Shown here in pieces: positions 1-7,796 of a stretch of 32,000 nt of DNA. The notes below the pieces were generated by a model. The model searched no databases. It worked only from the letters and a program-made list of their open reading frames with translations, and was not told the DNA's origin. This DNA is from Candidatus Methylomirabilis limnetica. GTDB lineage: Bacteria; Methylomirabilota; Methylomirabilia; Methylomirabilales; Methylomirabilaceae. Position 1 is the stretch's first letter; every line of letters starts with the position of its first letter. The DNA is taken from the NCBI RefSeq assembly GCF_003044035.1, contig NZ_NVQC01000008.1, positions 75,890 to 107,889 on the forward strand. Direction: 5' to 3'. The position numbers and the translations under genes are program-made.

Positions 1-775
1 ACACTGGGCCCTGCGTGGACCAATGCACGACCAGTTGTCCCTTCGCAGCAACTCCATCCGTTCCACTTCCGTTGGACACGATGACCGTGTAACCCGGGTC
101 CACGCTCACATCAGGGAAGACGTATCTCTGTCCCGCCTCATTCGATAACACATAGCCGACCAGATTGATAGTGGCGTTGCTGAGATTGGCGATGCGAACG
201 TAGGAGGGGTACTGGTCGTCTTGAGTGGGATCAACAGGGTGCACGGTGGTGATTTTTAGGTCTCTGGCGCGACCTCGTGCAGACCACATACCGACCTTGT
301 GTTGTTGCGCCTCGGCTTGGAGTCGAAGGAGCAGGGCGTGATGCTTCCGATTAGGTCCTATAAAGAAGGCCTGCGCCAAGCCCTCCTGAACCAACCTGGC
401 ATTGACCATCTCGTTGCCCGCAAAGACATAGGCCAGGACGCGGCCGTAACTGTCGGTTCTCTCCTGATCGAACTCCAAACGGATTTCCCGTCCCATGACG
501 AGCGATTCGTTGAGCCGTTTGGCCTTCAAATAGAATGGCTCCTGAAATTCGGGCGAGTTGATGCCCAGATACCGAACTTTACGGCCATCTTCGAGAAGAA
601 TGGTATCCCCATCGTAGACCCGCTTGACCTGGACGAGTTCATCTGCGACTACTGGAGCGGCGATTGCCACCGCGCCCTGACCACGTTCGTCCTTTGTATA
701 GGCGCTACTACAAGAAGTGCAGGACAGCACCCCGATGAGTACCAACACCGGTAGCCATAGGCGGCGCCAGCTCAT
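1..775 (-). CDS. Secreted/lipoprotein thermonuclease (SNase-like) with C-terminal lamin-tail-domain-like region; 3' end runs off the window
   Basis: Absent from the ORF track because there is no stop in the window. My own minus-strand translation from ATG 775-773 gives MSWRRLWLPVLVLIGVLSC (signal peptide plus lipobox-like Cys). It continues with VKRVYDGDTILLEDGRKVRYLGINSPE...DSYGRVLAYVFAGNEMVNARLVQEGLAQAF, a staphylococcal-nuclease signature. Then comes YVRIANLSNATINLVGYVLSNEAGQRYVFPDVSVDPGYTVIV, which looks LTD-like. The frame stays open to position 2. Confidence 0.75.
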   Translation of the reverse strand, partial: MSWRRLWLPVLVLIGVLSCTSCSSAYTKDERGQGAVAIAAPVVADELVQVKRVYDGDTILLEDGRKVRYLGINSPEFQEPFYLKAKRLNESLVMGREIRLEFDQERTDSYGRVLAYVFAGNEMVNARLVQEGLAQAFFIGPNRKHHALLLRLQAEAQQHKVGMWSARGRARDLKITTVHPVDPTQDDQYPSYVRIANLSNATINLVGYVLSNEAGQRYVFPDVSVDPGYTVIVSNGSGTDGVAAKGQLVVHWSTQGPV

Positions 776-871
776 TTGCCATGTACTCGACCGATCAATC
801 CATTTCGACGTATGTCTCATACCTGATTGTGGTTTAGTGGAAGGGGATGCAGGGACGGCGGCACGAAAACC

Positions 872-1171
872 TCAAATATGCGCCAACTCGATAACTACCT
901 TCAGTTGCCGGCCCATAGCCGCCTCGGCGGTTTTCAGGTCATAGGTCGCTTGCAAGTTGAGCCAATATTGCGGCGACTGACCGAACGCCCGGCCGAACAA
1001 TAACGCCAATTCCGCCGTCACCGGGCGCGCACAGTTTACAACATGGGACACCCGCATAGGAGAAACGCCAATGGCACGAGCGAACTGCGCTTGAGAAATG
1101 TCCAGTTCATCGAGTATTTCGCGCAGGAACTCTCCCGGATGCATGGGCAGTAAACCGTTCTTCAACATCAT
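872..1171 (-). CDS. higA: HigA-family antitoxin (XRE-type HTH)
   Basis: 99 aa. HPGEFLREILDELDISQAQFARAIGVSPMRVSHVVNCARPVTAELALLFGRAFGQSPQYWLNLQATYDL is the typical HigA/VapI HTH. It starts 9 nt downstream of the higB stop. Confidence 0.9.
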   Translation of the reverse strand: MMLKNGLLPMHPGEFLREILDELDISQAQFARAIGVSPMRVSHVVNCARPVTAELALLFGRAFGQSPQYWLNLQATYDLKTAEAAMGRQLKVVIELAHI

Positions 1172-1180
1172 AACCTCCTG

Positions 1181-1462
1181 TCAGTGATAGTCTACAATCT
1201 CGACATCGAACGCATCGCCGCTCTCGAAGCGGAAGCACACGCGCCATCGGTCATTAATGCGGATGCTCCATTGGCCGGCGCGGTCATGCTTCAAGGCTTC
1301 CAACCGGTTCGAAGGCGGTAAGCGCAAGTCTTCAATCCGAGTCGCGCCATTCAATTGCGTAAGACGCATCGCAGATCGCATCTGAATGGCCGGAGGAAAG
1401 CGGCGCGATTTGCCTGTCGCGTAGAAGCGTTTGGTCTCGGCATCAGTGAAAGATCGAATCAC
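1181..1462 (-). CDS. higB: HigB toxin (RelE/ParE superfamily, plasmid-maintenance killer type)
   Basis: From VIRSFTDAETKRFY to WRVCFRFESGDAFDVEIVDYH it is colinear with the classical about 92-aa HigB (MIKSFKHKGL...YEDYH, recalled from memory). GTG at 1462-1460 is therefore the likely start. The track ATG at 1501 lies inside the predicted -35. Confidence 0.85.
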   Translation of the reverse strand: MIRSFTDAETKRFYATGKSRRFPPAIQMRSAMRLTQLNGATRIEDLRLPPSNRLEALKHDRAGQWSIRINDRWRVCFRFESGDAFDVEIVDYH

Positions 1463-1468
1463 GACACA

Positions 1469-1497
1469 AACGTAAACTATTAGTTTATGTTTGTCAA
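1469..1497 (-). promoter_or_regulatory. Putative sigma70 promoter of higBA with palindromic operator
   Basis: The minus strand reads TTGACA (1497-1492), a 17-nt spacer, then TACGTT (1474-1469). The spacer and -10 contain the perfect 13-nt palindrome AAACTAtTAGTTT (1474-1486). The -10 ends 6 nt before the GTG start, which would give a leaderless or near-leaderless mRNA. Confidence 0.4.
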
Positions 1498-1646
1498 GCA
1501 TCGAGTTCGTTGTCGTGATGGTGGGGTATTAGGCGGCGGGATTCGCGTACAGCGCAGTAGGCTGGCATGAGGGAGGTGAATCCCAGCAATCCGCTTACCG
1601 TCATCGACAGGCCACGACTTCCGGCGATACCATCAAGGTTATTGAG

Positions 1647-1674
1647 CTGGGTTGTGTTCCTCAACCCGGCCTAC
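1647..1674 (-). repeat. REP-like hairpin with GTAGG head (family A)
   Basis: The minus strand reads GTAGG-CCGGGTTG-aggaaca-CAACCCAG. It has the same architecture as 4238-4266. Confidence 0.5.
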
Positions 1675-1873
1675 CGTACTTTAGGACTTCAGCTAGCAGT
1701 TAAGATACGGGGATTCCTTGTTGTGGTCAAGTGGAAGGGGGTCGAGGGCTGAAGCGGCGTTTCGGGGCCGATCGAAGCGGGGAACGGTAGGGATGCAATG
1801 AGGGTAGGCTGGAACCGCTGTGGGATTCGGGCGGCTGCCTCTGCCTTGAGACAGCCGCCGCCGCCCGTTACCT

Positions 1874-3274
1874 TCAGAACTGATAGATCAACTCGCCCTG
1901 GATAGTATTTTGCGAGTTGGCATTTTTGGTCCCATCGCCTCGGTCAAACACCAATTTATTGTCCCTCGCCTCATCGTGGCGGTACTCAATACTGGCGAAG
2001 AGGTGATCGAAGAGCTTATACCGGCCGGTGAGTGTCGTCTCCCAGACCTCTAGCTTGCTACCCGGCGTTGCGCCTGGGAGCCTGAAGCCATCCTGGTCCC
2101 TAAAGTACTCACCCCGCACGCCAACCGACAGTCTGTCGGTCACGTCGTAGACGGCATAGGCCGCCACCGCGTGCCAGATCGCGGTCTGGCCGTTATCGAC
2201 GAAGGCTTCCTCCTGCCTCCCATAGTCATAGTTCAGTGTGAGGGTCAATGGCGCGATCGGTTTATAGGTGGCGACGAGATCGATCAGGCCTCGCTTTGGG
2301 CCATTGCGATTAATGTCACGAGTAGGGTCGAACGCATTAGAGACTTGCTCAGCCCCCCATGTCCCACCGAGGGTGAGCGTGAAATCTTTCAGGAAGGGGG
2401 GTGTGACGGTAGCCGAACCATGAAACGATTTCCCTCTGTTATTATCGTCGGTATTGTCCCATCCGTTTACGATGCCAAGGGTTGTCGAAAGCCAGTCAGT
2501 GACAGGATAGGTTGCCATCACACCCGTGTGGGTGAAGGGGATAGCGTAGGCGAAGGCCATCGACCGAGAGATATTAAAATTACCGGTCCGCCTGATCACT
2601 TCGGCGCCGTGCAGGGTCACGAACTTTCCGCCTTTCAGGTCCAGGCCCTTGCCGATCGGTACCTTGTAGGTCACATAGGCCTGCGTCAGGTCAAAGGGCT
2701 CCGTCTTCGTGGGATCATCACCGCTGTCGATACCGAGGCCCAGGGAGTGGATCTTCTTCGCGTCCCGTCCAAAAAGTACGTCCACCCCAAAGCCGATTGG
2801 TGAAGCCTCGGTTGTCGGTTTTTCCACATAAAGCTCTGCCTGGTTGATATCAAACTGATTCGCCTTGTCGTCAAAGAGCCTGAGACCGTTGTTCTGACTC
2901 TTCGGGTCCCTAAAGTTATAGTTGTAAGACACGGCGACGTGCCCTCCAAAGTTCCAGTCCTTCATGGTGGAGAGCAGAGGCACAGTCTTGATCGTCTCCT
3001 CAATGCTTCTGACCCGATCGCTGATGCTCTGCGGAGCCTCTGCTGCTCCAGCGAGGGCCCCGGGTGCCGGTGCGGCAGCCGGAGTCGGTAGAGCCCCAGC
3101 CTTTGCGCCAATCATGTGCTCCAGTCGCTCCAGCCGTTGCCGCAGCTCTCGAATTTGGCGATCCTTGTCGTCCTCGGCCCATGCCGCAGGTACCGCAACT
3201 GCGGCGGCGAGGAGGAGCACTCCACCAATTACTAATCTGGTTACCGTCAGATGCTTCAACTTCCGCATTCTCAT
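1874..3274 (-). CDS. Outer-membrane beta-barrel porin-like protein with N-terminal coiled coil
   Basis: 466 aa. Signal peptide ...AVPAAWA/EDD, a charged heptad stretch RQIRELRQRLERLEHMI, alternating beta-strand-like composition, and a C-terminal ...GELIYQF with terminal Phe (OMP signature). SD GGGGAGGG lies upstream. Confidence 0.8.
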   Translation of the reverse strand: MRMRKLKHLTVTRLVIGGVLLLAAAVAVPAAWAEDDKDRQIRELRQRLERLEHMIGAKAGALPTPAAAPAPGALAGAAEAPQSISDRVRSIEETIKTVPLLSTMKDWNFGGHVAVSYNYNFRDPKSQNNGLRLFDDKANQFDINQAELYVEKPTTEASPIGFGVDVLFGRDAKKIHSLGLGIDSGDDPTKTEPFDLTQAYVTYKVPIGKGLDLKGGKFVTLHGAEVIRRTGNFNISRSMAFAYAIPFTHTGVMATYPVTDWLSTTLGIVNGWDNTDDNNRGKSFHGSATVTPPFLKDFTLTLGGTWGAEQVSNAFDPTRDINRNGPKRGLIDLVATYKPIAPLTLTLNYDYGRQEEAFVDNGQTAIWHAVAAYAVYDVTDRLSVGVRGEYFRDQDGFRLPGATPGSKLEVWETTLTGRYKLFDHLFASIEYRHDEARDNKLVFDRGDGTKNANSQNTIQGELIYQF

Positions 3275-3608
3275 CGATCCCTCCCCTCATTGGGTGTGAC
3301 TACTTAGAAAGTCTCCGATGATCGAGTCTCATGGATATGATTCGCAAGAAGCGGGCCAGCTTTCGCTAACGACAGATGACCGGTAGTGGCAGCGACCTGA
3401 AGCAGAGCTAGGAAGAGGGGGGAGCAGTGAAAAAACGTAGTGTTAGGCGACGAGCTTTGAAGGAAAATGGTTCGCGGACGGTTGTGCAAGAAGGGGAGTT
3501 CCTTACAAAAATGAAAAAATTGTCATATTCGCCAGAATGGCGAGTGGTTATCTTCTAGGCAGGGCGACAAGGGTGATGCGCAAGAGAGATGCATAAGAGG
3601 GGTGCGAC

Positions 3609-3633
3609 GTAGGGGCAGCCCTCGTGGCTGCCC
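3609..3633 (+). repeat. REP-like hairpin with GTAGG head (family B)
   Basis: GTAGG-GGCAGCC-ctcgt-GGCTGCCC, a perfect 8-bp stem. A near-identical copy lies at 18163-18187. It sits just 3' of the thioredoxin gene stop. Confidence 0.5.
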
Positions 3634-3639
3634 TCATTG

Positions 3640-4185
3640 CTACCTCAAGAGGCTCTCAACCAGTGTCCTCGAAGCCTTGTTGGCCCAGTCATGGTATCCA
3701 ATGTCTTTGGCGCGAATGATGCCTTGGCGGTCGATCAGGATCGAGACAGGAAGCCCGATAAGCCGGAACTTCCGACTGGCCTTCATATCAGTGTCGAGCG
3801 CTACGGGAAAGGTGAGGCGAAGCTCCTTAATGAAGTCGCGGATCTCTTGCTGTGCGTCCGGCTCGATGTTGACAGCGAGGATCTCCAACCCTTTTGCCTT
3901 GTACTCGGAGTAGACCTGCTGCATCGTCGGCATCTCTAGCCGGCAAGGGGGGCACCAGGTAGCCCAGAAGTTGATCAGCACAACCTTCTGGCCCCGAAAC
4001 TCCGAGAGCCGAACGGTGTTTCCCTCAAGCGTCTTCAGCGTAAAGTCAGGCGCGAAGTGTCCCTCTTCGGGTCGCACATCATTAGCCCATACGTCAGTTC
4101 CTCCTGGCGTGCCACCTATAACGAGTCCGAGAATGATGGAGATGATCGCTATCTGGGATAGTAAACAGCAGAGATAGCGTCTCAT
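3640..4185 (-). CDS. TlpA/ResA-family membrane-anchored thiol:disulfide oxidoreductase
   Basis: 181 aa. N-terminal TM anchor, and the thioredoxin-fold motif VVLINFWATWCPPCRLEMP (WCPPC). Confidence 0.85.
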   Translation of the reverse strand: MRRYLCCLLSQIAIISIILGLVIGGTPGGTDVWANDVRPEEGHFAPDFTLKTLEGNTVRLSEFRGQKVVLINFWATWCPPCRLEMPTMQQVYSEYKAKGLEILAVNIEPDAQQEIRDFIKELRLTFPVALDTDMKASRKFRLIGLPVSILIDRQGIIRAKDIGYHDWANKASRTLVESLLR

Positions 4186-4237
4186 ATTCCGGCCATTCCT
4201 TTCTTAGTAAGCAGTATGCAGCAGTCAGCGCTCAGTT

Positions 4238-4266
4238 GTAGGTCGGGTTAGCCCAGCGTAACCCGA
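4238..4266 (+). repeat. REP-like hairpin with GTAGG head (family A)
   Basis: GTAGG-TCGGGTTA-gcccagcg-TAACCCGA, a perfect 8-bp stem, in the divergent intergenic region. Confidence 0.5.
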
Positions 4267-4394
4267 CAACTCGGCCAGGGCGAAGGGGGTATCAGAAGCT
4301 GAATGCTGACCGCTCCCTCAGAGTGGCATTTCCATGCCCAGTGGTGCGGCGTCGCCTCATGGGATCTTGCCAAGCTTAAAACTACCGGAAAAAC

Positions 4395-4449
4395 CGCCGC
4401 AGGTCAAATCGTGATTGACATTAGGGGGTGAAACGATTGACCTGCGGCG
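4395..4449. promoter_or_regulatory. Long inverted repeat / candidate operator overlapping the crp-family gene promoter
   Basis: CGCCGCAGGTCAAaTCGT (4395-4412) pairs with ACGATTGACCTGCGGCG (4433-4449): 17 bp with a one-nucleotide bulge. GATTGAC occurs at 4413-4419 and 4435-4441, and once inverted (GTCAAaTC, 4403-4410). Confidence 0.4.
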
Positions 4450-4465
4450 TTCGTCCGCCTACAAT
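4437..4465 (+). promoter_or_regulatory. Putative sigma70 promoter of the Crp/Fnr-family gene
   Basis: TTGACC (4437-4442), an exact 17-nt spacer, TACAAT (4460-4465). This sits about 47 nt upstream of ATG 4513. Confidence 0.45.
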
Positions 4466-4512
4466 AAGACCGGCGTTCGGGACTTCCCCCGTTTCGTTAT
4501 CCCAGGGTAGCC

Positions 4513-5178
4513 ATGTTGCCAGAGCAGTTGAAGTCGATTCCGTATTTCCAGGACCTCGATGCGCGAGCACTGGAGGGTATCCGGGCTCACGCATTTGAGG
4601 TACGGTTGCAGAAGGGACACGTTCTCTTTACGGAGGGGGAGCCGGCCCAGGCGATGTACGTGATTCGGTCCGGTAAGGTCAAGATCTTCAAGCTGTCCCC
4701 CGACGGACGCGAGCAGGTCCTCCGGATTGCAGAGGCCGGAGATTGTTTCAATGAGGTCCCGATCTTCGATGGTGGGCCGAACCCCGCCAACGCCCAGGCG
4801 GTGGAGCCGGCGGCGCTCTGGGGCATCCGGCGGGAGGAGATGCGGCGCCTGGTAGAGGAGCACCCGGCGATCGCGATCGGCTTTCTCAAGGCGTTTGCGG
4901 GGAAGCTTCGCTACTTCACCCGCAAGGTGGAGGACCTGTCCTTCCGTAGCGTGACAAGCCGCGTGGCCAAGTTCCTCTTGGAGATGGCCGAGGATGACGG
5001 CAGAGGAGGTCTGCGCCTGAAGCAGCAGTTCACGCAACAGGAGATAGCGTCCGTTGTGGGAACGGCCCGAGAGATGATCGGCCGGGCCTTCAAGGCCCTG
5101 GAAAAGGAAGGAGCCATCAAGCTCGATCGCCACCAGGTCATCATCGTAAGCCGGGCTGCCATGATTCGCCTGCTCTGA
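4513..5178 (+). CDS. Crp/Fnr-family transcriptional regulator (effector domain plus C-terminal HTH)
   Basis: 221 aa. cNMP-binding-like beta-roll (FTEGEPAQAMYVIRSGKVKIFKLSPDGREQVL) and HTH QQEIASVVGTAREMIGRAFKALEKEGAI. There is no N-terminal Cys cluster, so it is not a classical [4Fe-4S] FNR. Confidence 0.9.
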   Translation: MLPEQLKSIPYFQDLDARALEGIRAHAFEVRLQKGHVLFTEGEPAQAMYVIRSGKVKIFKLSPDGREQVLRIAEAGDCFNEVPIFDGGPNPANAQAVEPAALWGIRREEMRRLVEEHPAIAIGFLKAFAGKLRYFTRKVEDLSFRSVTSRVAKFLLEMAEDDGRGGLRLKQQFTQQEIASVVGTAREMIGRAFKALEKEGAIKLDRHQVIIVSRAAMIRLL

Positions 5179-5300
5179 CCTCACCGTTGCCCTTCTTGTA
5201 ATGCGTGAGACTAAAGTCGCATACACCTCTGAATCACCCCCCTATGCTAGAATGGACGCTGAGCAAACAACAACCTGAGAAAAAAGGAGGCAAAAGACTT

Positions 5301-5915
5301 ATGACCAACGAGAGCAGTTGCCATGAAGGGCACGTCAGTCCAACGCCCGAGCCAAAGACCTGCGACACCCAATCGACGGGTACGCCAATGCCAGAGGTAC
5401 TTCGAGATCTACCCGATGATCGCGTGGTAATCCTGGATATTCGTGAACAGGTGCGGGGAGGCGAAGAGCCGTTTCAGAGGATCATGCAAACCGTCATGTC
5501 CCTCCGAGACGACCAGGTACTCAAGCTATGTAATATCTTCGAGCCGATACCGCTTTACGCTGCCTTGGCGCAACGGGGTCTCGCTCACTGGACGCAGCGG
5601 CGTGGCCCAGAAGATTGGTGCATCATGTTTTATCGAGCGGGGGCCGAGGCCGCGACCTCTCCGGCGTCCTGCACCTCGTCGAGGCCAGCGGAGCCTGTCG
5701 GGGACGCCATCGTTGTTGACGCCCGTGGACTAGAGCCACCACAGCCGATGGCGAAGATCCTGGAGAATCTCCCTCAGATTGCAGCGGGTGGAAAGATCCT
5801 GGCCATGACCGACCGGCGGCCGATGCTGCTCTACCCGAAGTTGGAGGAGCGGGGCTTCGTCTTCTCCACCGAGGAAACGACGCATGGCTGGTTCGAAACC
5901 CGGATCTGGAAGTAG
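5301..5915 (+). CDS. Protein with two tandem DUF2249-like domains and a Cys/His-containing N-terminus
   Basis: Start chosen at ATG 5301, preceded by AAAGGAGG; the track ORF starts at 5205. Domain 1 is VVILDIREQVRGGEEPFQRIMQTVMSL...LYAALAQRGLAHW. Domain 2 is IVVDARGLEPPQPMAKILENLPQIAAGGKILAMTDRRPMLLYPKLEERGFVF. Both match my memory of DUF2249 (PF10006). The N-terminus carries SSCHEGH...KTCD. Confidence 0.75.
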   Translation: MTNESSCHEGHVSPTPEPKTCDTQSTGTPMPEVLRDLPDDRVVILDIREQVRGGEEPFQRIMQTVMSLRDDQVLKLCNIFEPIPLYAALAQRGLAHWTQRRGPEDWCIMFYRAGAEAATSPASCTSSRPAEPVGDAIVVDARGLEPPQPMAKILENLPQIAAGGKILAMTDRRPMLLYPKLEERGFVFSTEETTHGWFETRIWK

Positions 5916-7209
5916 CGCCCCGGCCAGGCTGCCATCCCTCTGGGTGCCGCTACGCTATTTTGTGACGGCTCAGGTAGCCTTCGTGACCGCCATGCTCTGG
6001 GCGCCATGGCAGGTCAGCAATCTGCTGGACTTTTACTATCAGGGGCATGACCTCGCCCTCACCCATCTGCTGACTCTTGGGTGGATCACGATGACGATCA
6101 TGGGGGCGTCGTTCCAGTTGGTCCCGGTCGCCCTGGAGACCACGCTGTGGAGCGAGCGCCTGGCCTGCTGGCAGTACTGGATTATGCTGCTCGGTGTCGC
6201 GATTATGGTGAGCCATTTCTGGATCGGTCATCACGAGGGTTTGGCCTTCGGCGCCGGTCTGGTGCTGGTTGCCGTGACACTTTTCCTGATCAATATGGGG
6301 CGCACACTGTGGCAGCTCCCCCACTGGGACATCGTGGGGCGACACATGGCGGCTGCGCTCGTCTACCTGGCCTCCACCGTGGTCATGGGAAACCTGATGG
6401 CGCTCGATAAGATTTTCGACTTCTTAGGAGGTCAGGTCCTGACGACGATACACGCCCACGCCCACCTGGCCGGCATCGGCTGGGTCACCATGATGATCTT
6501 CGGGGCGAGCTATAAACTGATCCCCATGTTCAGCCTGAGTGAGCTTCGCGATGAGCGGCTGGCCTACTGGGAGTTCTGGCTGCTCCACGTCGGTCTAGTC
6601 GGCCTCTACATGACGCTCCTGCTGCAAAGTCCGTGGGCCACGCTGTTCGCTCTCCTGATCGCCACAGCGGTGGGCCTGTTCCTCTGGACGATGCGCGATG
6701 TCATGCGGGTACGCCGGCGTCCGCGATTGGACTGGGGGCTGCGGCATACTATGAGCGCCATGACCACGCTCGCGATCGTGACGATCCTGGGTCTATGGCT
6801 GAGTACCGGTTGGCTCCCGAGCGATGAGTTTGCCGCCCGGCTGGCCTTTGGCTATGGGGTCCTGGCACTCCTGGGCTGGGTCTCCGCCATGATCATCGGC
6901 CTGATGTATAAGATCATCCCGTTCCTGGTTTGGCACCACCGTTACAGCGATCTCATAGGACTGCGGTCTGTTCCAGCCGCCGCCCAGATTCTTGGTGAGT
7001 CAACGCCTCGGATGGAGTTCTGGCTGCTCTATGCGGGTATCGCGATGACCGTTACCGGAGTGATCTTCACGTCCTGGCTGCTCGTGCAGGTGGGTACGCT
7101 CGTGTTGGCACTGGCGGGTCTGACGTTCGCCGTCGCCGTCTGTCGGATCTACTGCCATCTGGTTCCACGCCTGACGCCGCTTCCGGAGGCGCAGATTGTG
7201 GGAACATAA
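5884..7209 (+). CDS. Polytopic (about 12 TM) His-rich membrane protein, heme-copper-oxidase subunit I-like / NnrS-like class; function unknown
   Basis: 441 aa, overlapping the upstream gene by 32 nt. A motif recurs three times: LTHLLTLGWITMTIMGASFQLVPV, HAHLAGIGWVTMMIFGASYKLIPMF and GVLALLGWVSAMIIGLMYKIIPFL. His clusters are HFWIGHHEG, IHAHAHLAG and VWHHRY. The exact start is uncertain. Confidence 0.8.
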   Translation: MAGSKPGSGSSAPARLPSLWVPLRYFVTAQVAFVTAMLWAPWQVSNLLDFYYQGHDLALTHLLTLGWITMTIMGASFQLVPVALETTLWSERLACWQYWIMLLGVAIMVSHFWIGHHEGLAFGAGLVLVAVTLFLINMGRTLWQLPHWDIVGRHMAAALVYLASTVVMGNLMALDKIFDFLGGQVLTTIHAHAHLAGIGWVTMMIFGASYKLIPMFSLSELRDERLAYWEFWLLHVGLVGLYMTLLLQSPWATLFALLIATAVGLFLWTMRDVMRVRRRPRLDWGLRHTMSAMTTLAIVTILGLWLSTGWLPSDEFAARLAFGYGVLALLGWVSAMIIGLMYKIIPFLVWHHRYSDLIGLRSVPAAAQILGESTPRMEFWLLYAGIAMTVTGVIFTSWLLVQVGTLVLALAGLTFAVAVCRIYCHLVPRLTPLPEAQIVGT

Positions 7210-7232
7210 GACCCGCAGTTGATCCGCTTGGA

Positions 7233-7403
7233 GAATGACCGACCTCGCACAAGCTACGGGGTATCGTCTTCTGTTCTGGCCCGTCATTCCGTGCTTGACA
7301 CGCCTGCCCCGTACTTGATGCGGGGGAATCCAGTCGGGTCCTCTGGATACCGGCTTCCGCCGGTATGACGAACTCGGGGCAAGCCGCGGGGAATGAACCC
7401 CCC
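7233..7403 (-). repeat. 171-bp structured intergenic repeat, copy 1 (inverted relative to copy 2 at 14486-14637)
   Basis: My by-eye alignment of the reverse complement to 14486-14637 shows long identical runs, for example CGTCATACCGGCGGA, GCCGGTATCCAGAGG and GTGTCAAGCACGGAATGACGGGCCAGAACAGAAGACGATAC. The same DNA produces the shared peptide VKHGMTGQNRRRYP in two track ORFs. Confidence 0.85.
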
Positions 7404-7451
7404 TCAGTAGGTTCAAGAAGTGAAGGTACTAAAGGTACATGAAAAGGAGGC

Positions 7452-7796
7452 ATGATGACGGAACCAGAAACATCACCAGTGACTGAAGAGCAGATCTACA
7501 CCACGCTCCGAAAGCTCATTGATCCGGAATTAGGAGTCAACATCGTGGATCTGGGCCTCGTCTACAACGTACAGATTGATGATGGCGAGGTCACCGTCCG
7601 TATGACCCTTACCACACGCGGCTGCCCCCTGCATGGCACTTTCGTCCAGGCGATCGAGCGCAGCCTCAATGAGCTGGACGGCGTGACCGGCGTGACCGTC
7701 GATGTCGTGTGGGAACCCGCCTGGAATCCGGACATGATCACCCCTGAGGGGAAGCAAACGATGTCCAGCGCTGGACGTGGTGGGCCCGCATGGTGA
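7452..7796 (+). CDS. DUF59 / MIP18-family Fe-S cluster assembly protein (SufT/PaaD-like)
   Basis: 114 aa. SD AGGAGG. IYTTLRKLIDPELGVNIVDLGLVYNVQIDDGEVTVRMTLTTRGCPLHG is the canonical DUF59 core with its conserved Cys. Confidence 0.85.
   Translation: MMTEPETSPVTEEQIYTTLRKLIDPELGVNIVDLGLVYNVQIDDGEVTVRMTLTTRGCPLHGTFVQAIERSLNELDGVTGVTVDVVWEPAWNPDMITPEGKQTMSSAGRGGPAW

Noticed and set aside
299-754. 151-aa plus-strand ORF from the track
   Set aside because: It lies entirely antisense to a minus-strand frame with clear SNase/LTD homology and a signal peptide. It has no recognisable motifs.
4513-5178. Classical oxygen-sensing FNR
   Set aside because: The N-terminal Cys cluster for a [4Fe-4S] centre is absent, and the protein has only one Cys. 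I therefore keep only the generic Crp/Fnr-family call. I also found no canonical TTGAT-N4-ATCAA box upstream of 5301, 7452, 14947 or 18502.
4459-5226. 255-aa minus-strand ORF
   Set aside because: It mirrors the Crp/Fnr gene, which is a typical long antisense frame in GC-rich DNA. It has no motifs or SD.
7000-7416. ORFs 7000-7416 (-) and 14414-14638 (+) sharing the peptide VKHGMTGQNRRRYP, which could have been a small duplicated gene
   Set aside because: The shared peptide is a by-product of the duplicated non-coding repeat element. The frames have no starts with an SD, differ outside the repeat, and are interrupted by the 23-nt indel.
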